64,000 nucleotides of DNA from the human T2T-CHM13v2.0 reference genome, Homo sapiens: the NCBI RefSeq assembly GCF_009914755.1, contig NC_060933.1. One strand, written 5' to 3'. The notes beneath the pieces are model-generated. The model was given only the letters and a program-made list of their open reading frames with translations, was not told the DNA's origin and ran no database searches. This document shows, piece after piece, positions 61,441-64,000 of the stretch. A program made the position numbers and the translations under genes. Each line of letters starts with the position of its first letter. Positions within the stretch are counted from its first letter, which is position 1.

Positions 61441-64000
61441 TTTTATAGCAACAAACGCCTATACCAAACAAGAAGAGAGATCTCAAATAAACAATCTTCA
61501 AGCAACTAGAAAAAGAAGAACAAACTGAGTCCAAATTGGGCTGAAGGAAGGAAATAACAAAGATCAGAGCAGAAATAAATGGAGACCAGAAAATAATAGA
61601 CAAAAAAATTAATGACAATAAGAGTTGCATTTTTAAAAGATAAAATTGACAAACTCTTAGGCTAACTAGGAAAAAAAGAGAGAAGATTAAAATAAATAAA
61701 ATTAGAAATGAAAGAGGAAACATTACAACAGATAGCAAAGAAATGCAAAGGATCAAAGAAAATTACTGTGAACACTCATATGCTAACAAATTGGATAATC
61801 TAGAAGAAATAGATAAATTTCTAGACACAAACGGCCTGCCAACATTGAACTATGAAGAAATAAAAAAAAAATCTGAACAGACCAATAATGAGTAAGGAGC
61901 TGAATCCGTAATAAAAAATTACCTCATCAAAGAAAAGCCCAGGACCAAATGGCTTCACAGCTAAATTCTACCAAACATTTAAAGAAGAACTAATACTAAT
62001 CCTTCTCAAATGCTTCTATAAAATTGAACTGGAGGGAACACTTCGAAATTCATTTTATGAGGCCAGCATTACCCAGATACCAACGTCAGACAAGGATAGT
62101 ACAAGAGAAAAAAACTATAGGTCAATATCCCTGATGAACATAGATGGAAAAATCCTCAACAAAATACTAGGAAATTCAATCACATATCAAAACAATCATT
62201 CACCATGACCAAGTGAGATTTATCCCAGGGATGCAAGGATGGTTCAATATACACAAATCTATAAATGTGATATACCACATTTACAAAATGAAGTATAAAA
62301 ATCATCTGATCATCTCAATAAATGCAGAAAAATCATTTGATAAAATTCAACACTCTTTCATGGTAAAAAAACAGAACTCTTAACAGATTAGGTACAGAAG
62401 AAATGGACTTCAACACAATAAAGGTCACATAGCTAACATAGTACTCAACAGTAAAAAATTGAAAGATTTTCCTCTGAGTTCAGGGACAACACAGGGATGC
62501 CCACTCTCATCATTTCTTTTCAACATAATACTGGAAGTCCTAGCCAGAGCAATTAGGCAAGAGAAAGAAATAAAAGGCATCCAAATAGAAAAGAAAAAAG
62601 TAAAATTTTCTCTGTTTGCTGATGACATGATCATATATATAGAAAATCCCAAAGATTCCACCAAAAAACTGCTAGACCTGATAAACAGATTTAGTAAAGT
62701 TGCAGGATACAAAAACAACATATGAAAATTAGTAGCATTTCTAAACACTAATAACAAACTATTCAAAAAGGAAACAATTACATTTACAATAGTAACAAGA
62801 AAAAAATTTAAACCTTAGGGGTAAATTTAACCAAGGAGATGAAAGACCTCTGTACTGGAAACTACAAATCACTGATGAAATAATAGGAGGAAACACAAAC
62901 AAATGAAAGATATTCCATGTTCATGAAGCTAAAGAATTAATATTGTTTAAAATGCCTATACTACCCAAAATTGTCTATAGATTCAATGTAATCTCTATGA
63001 AAATTCCAATGTCAGCTTTCAGAGAAATGTAAAAAAAAAAAAAATCCTTAAATTCATGTGGAACTACAAAAGAACAAAGCTGGAGACATCACACTCCCTG
63101 ATTTCATAGTATGTTATAAAGCTATTGTAATCAAAACAGCATGGTAATGGCATAAAAACAGACACATCAACCAACGGAAGAGAATAGAAAGACTGTAAAT
63201 AAACCCACACATATACAGTCAATTGATTTTTGACAAAGGTTCCAAGAACACACAATGGAGAAAGGATGACCTCTTCAACAAATGGTGCTGGGAAAACTAG
63301 ATATCCACATGCAAAAGAATAAAATTAGAAACTTATCTGACACCATGAACCAAAAACAACTCAAAATGAATTAAAGACTTAAACATAAAACCTGGAACTG
63401 TAAAACTACTAGACAAAAGCATAGGCAGAAATCTCCACAACATTAGCCTGGGCGCAATGGTTTTTTGGATATGGCCCTGAAAGCTCAGGCCACAAAGGCA
63501 AAAATAGACAAATGTAATTGTATCAAACTAAAAAGCTTTGACACAGCAAAAGAAACAATTAACAAGGTGAAGAGACATCTTTGCAACTATGCAACTATAT
63601 ACCTGATAAAGCTTAATATTTAAAATATATAAGAAACTCAAATAGTGAATTTCTCAATAGTAAGAAAAACAAATAGCCCAATTTAAAAATAGGTAAAGAA
63701 TCTGAATAGGCCCTTCTCAAAAGAAGACATACGAATGGCCAACAGGGCCATGAAGAAAATGCCCAATGTCACTAATTATCAGGGAAATAAAAATTAAAAC
63801 CATAATGAGATATCATGCCACCCTTGTTAGAATGGCTTTTATCAAAAAGAGAAAAGATAACAAGTGTTGGTGAGGATGCTGAGAAAAGGGAACCCATGTA
63901 TGCTGTTGGTGGAAATGTAAATTGGTATAGCCATCATGAAAAAATTGTGTGTAGGTTGCTCAAAAAAGTAAAAGTAGAACTCTGTACAATCCGGTACTCT
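61441..64000 (+). mobile_element. Second, 5'-truncated L1M(A) ORF2 segment running off the window's right edge
   Basis: ORF2 restarts upstream of the RT region. [31 protein letters not shown]...[13 protein letters not shown]. Confidence 0.88.

Overview
Primate (very probably human) genomic DNA around the 5' end of FRMD3 (FERM domain containing 3), which lies on the minus strand. The only credible protein-coding sequence is the first coding exon at 21788-21934 (-), encoding [10 protein letters not shown]...SEISCHIQ and sitting in a CpG island at about 21150-22600. Bases 1-21787 are FRMD3 intron 1, and bases above about 22600 are upstream. The rest is mostly interspersed repeats: several L1s (one 7.2 kb full-length copy), Alus, L2, MIR, hAT/Tigger DNA transposons, a complete THE1 MaLR provirus and older ERVL/MaLR remnants. 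Nearly all other ORFs in the track are transposon remnants or chance ORFs. I see no evidence of a new multi-gene system. The most interesting details are: (1) a Y3 RNA pseudogene split in two by the full-length L1, with target-site duplications (TSDs) visible for both events; (2) an unidentified 152-bp GC-rich insert flanked by a perfect 15-bp TSD, which supplies a splice acceptor in FRMD3 orientation; (3) a tailless U2 snRNA fragment with a TSD; (4) a nested AT-rich palindrome built from local L1 sequence; (5) a ~235-bp inverted templated duplication spanning the THE1 junction; and (6) a candidate uORF and weak start-codon context in FRMD3 exon 1. Repeat subfamily calls are from memory of consensus sequences, and boundaries are approximate unless a TSD is quoted.
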